Below are positions 63,367 to 64,000 of a stretch of DNA of 64,000 bases, in pieces. The first letter of the stretch is position 1. Every line of letters begins with the position of its first letter. The notes below the pieces were generated by a model that was not told the DNA's origin, searched no databases, and worked only from the letters and a program-made list of their open reading frames with translations. Source of the stretch: Phallusia mammillata (lineage: Eukaryota); NCBI GenBank assembly GCA_965637545.1, contig OZ281494.1, positions 16,554,001 to 16,618,000 on the forward strand. Direction: 5' to 3'. Position numbers and translations under genes: made by a program.

Positions 63367-64000
63367 TTAGGAGTCTACTACTACAGTACGAATCAATGCG
63401 TTGTCATACTGGTTAAAATGGATGATTGTAGTTGAGTACCTGTCGCTATGTTTAGCACTTTGATATGAAGTTGTATAAGATGGCTTGGTTGCTAATGTCT
63501 CGCTTTTATCATCAATCCGCTCCAATGTGGTTGTCGAGCCTTGTTCGGACAGCAATAACTCGTCGCTCGTGGTTGCCAATTGTTTGCCAGATGATTTTGA
63601 TTGGTAGTTGTGTCTGACCAGACCGTTCCTAATGTTGATAGGATTACAAAGGTTTCCGGGTGTTTGCTGTTTAAAACTGTAGTGTTGGTAGTTAGATTTC
63701 GATTTCCATCTTTTGGGCTATTGTCCCTCTTGGTATCGTTTGTGGGAGTATTTTGGTAATTTGTGGCCACTACCGCTCCGTGTAAACTTGTGGTTGATAG
63801 ATTGTCGTTTGTTTTATTGTTGGTATTTGTTGCTTGGCTTACGATTGTGGTTACCGGTATTTGGTTTGGGGTAATCGCTGTTAAAGTGTTAGATGCGCCA
63901 ACTTCGGTAGCTAATATCAGGGAGACTATTGTTGTAGCCATTACAAAATATTGGTTGTGGTCGGGTTTTGGGTAAAGTGTCCTGCTTAGAGTAGTCAATA
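63367..64000 (-). pseudogene. Mucin-like Thr/Ser-rich ORF with an apparent frameshift (pseudogene, allele or assembly error); 5' end outside the window
   Basis: ORF 63998-63492 is T/S/N-rich up to ...SDTTTN (~63600). T/S-rich sequence continues in another frame (SKSSGKQLATTSDELL...STTT...) to a stop at 63367. Confidence 0.45.

Overview
AT-rich, compact eukaryotic DNA with short GT-AG introns. It is most likely an ascidian (tunicate); this is inferred from intronless housekeeping genes with acceptor-only AG sites just before the ATG, as expected for SL trans-splicing and operons. Left to right: (1) an uncertain minus-strand transcript with a signal-peptide-like exon (<4.6 kb); (2) PDHX (10 exons, minus) immediately downstream of intronless VCPKMT/METTL21D, a probable operon; (3) divergent intronless DHX8; (4) several hAT-type MITEs; (5) intronless ARL6IP1, then 6-exon VTI1B; (6) a 39-exon nesprin-1/SYNE1-like gene (CH-CH plus spectrin-like repeats) with alternative first exons and an apparent KASH-less end at about 49.3 kb (~1,840 aa); (7) from 49.7 kb to the window end, an antisense cluster of orphan type-I membrane receptors, absent as complete proteins from the ORF track and assembled here by hand from splice sites. 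Two are paralogues with a Vps62/DUF946-like ectodomain, one is a CUB-like/mucin receptor with four canonical ITIMs, one is a small receptor with paired YxxI motifs, and a frameshifted mucin-like ORF follows. This receptor cluster, possibly nested in a nesprin intron, is the best candidate for an undescribed system. All exon models were read manually and no database searches were run.
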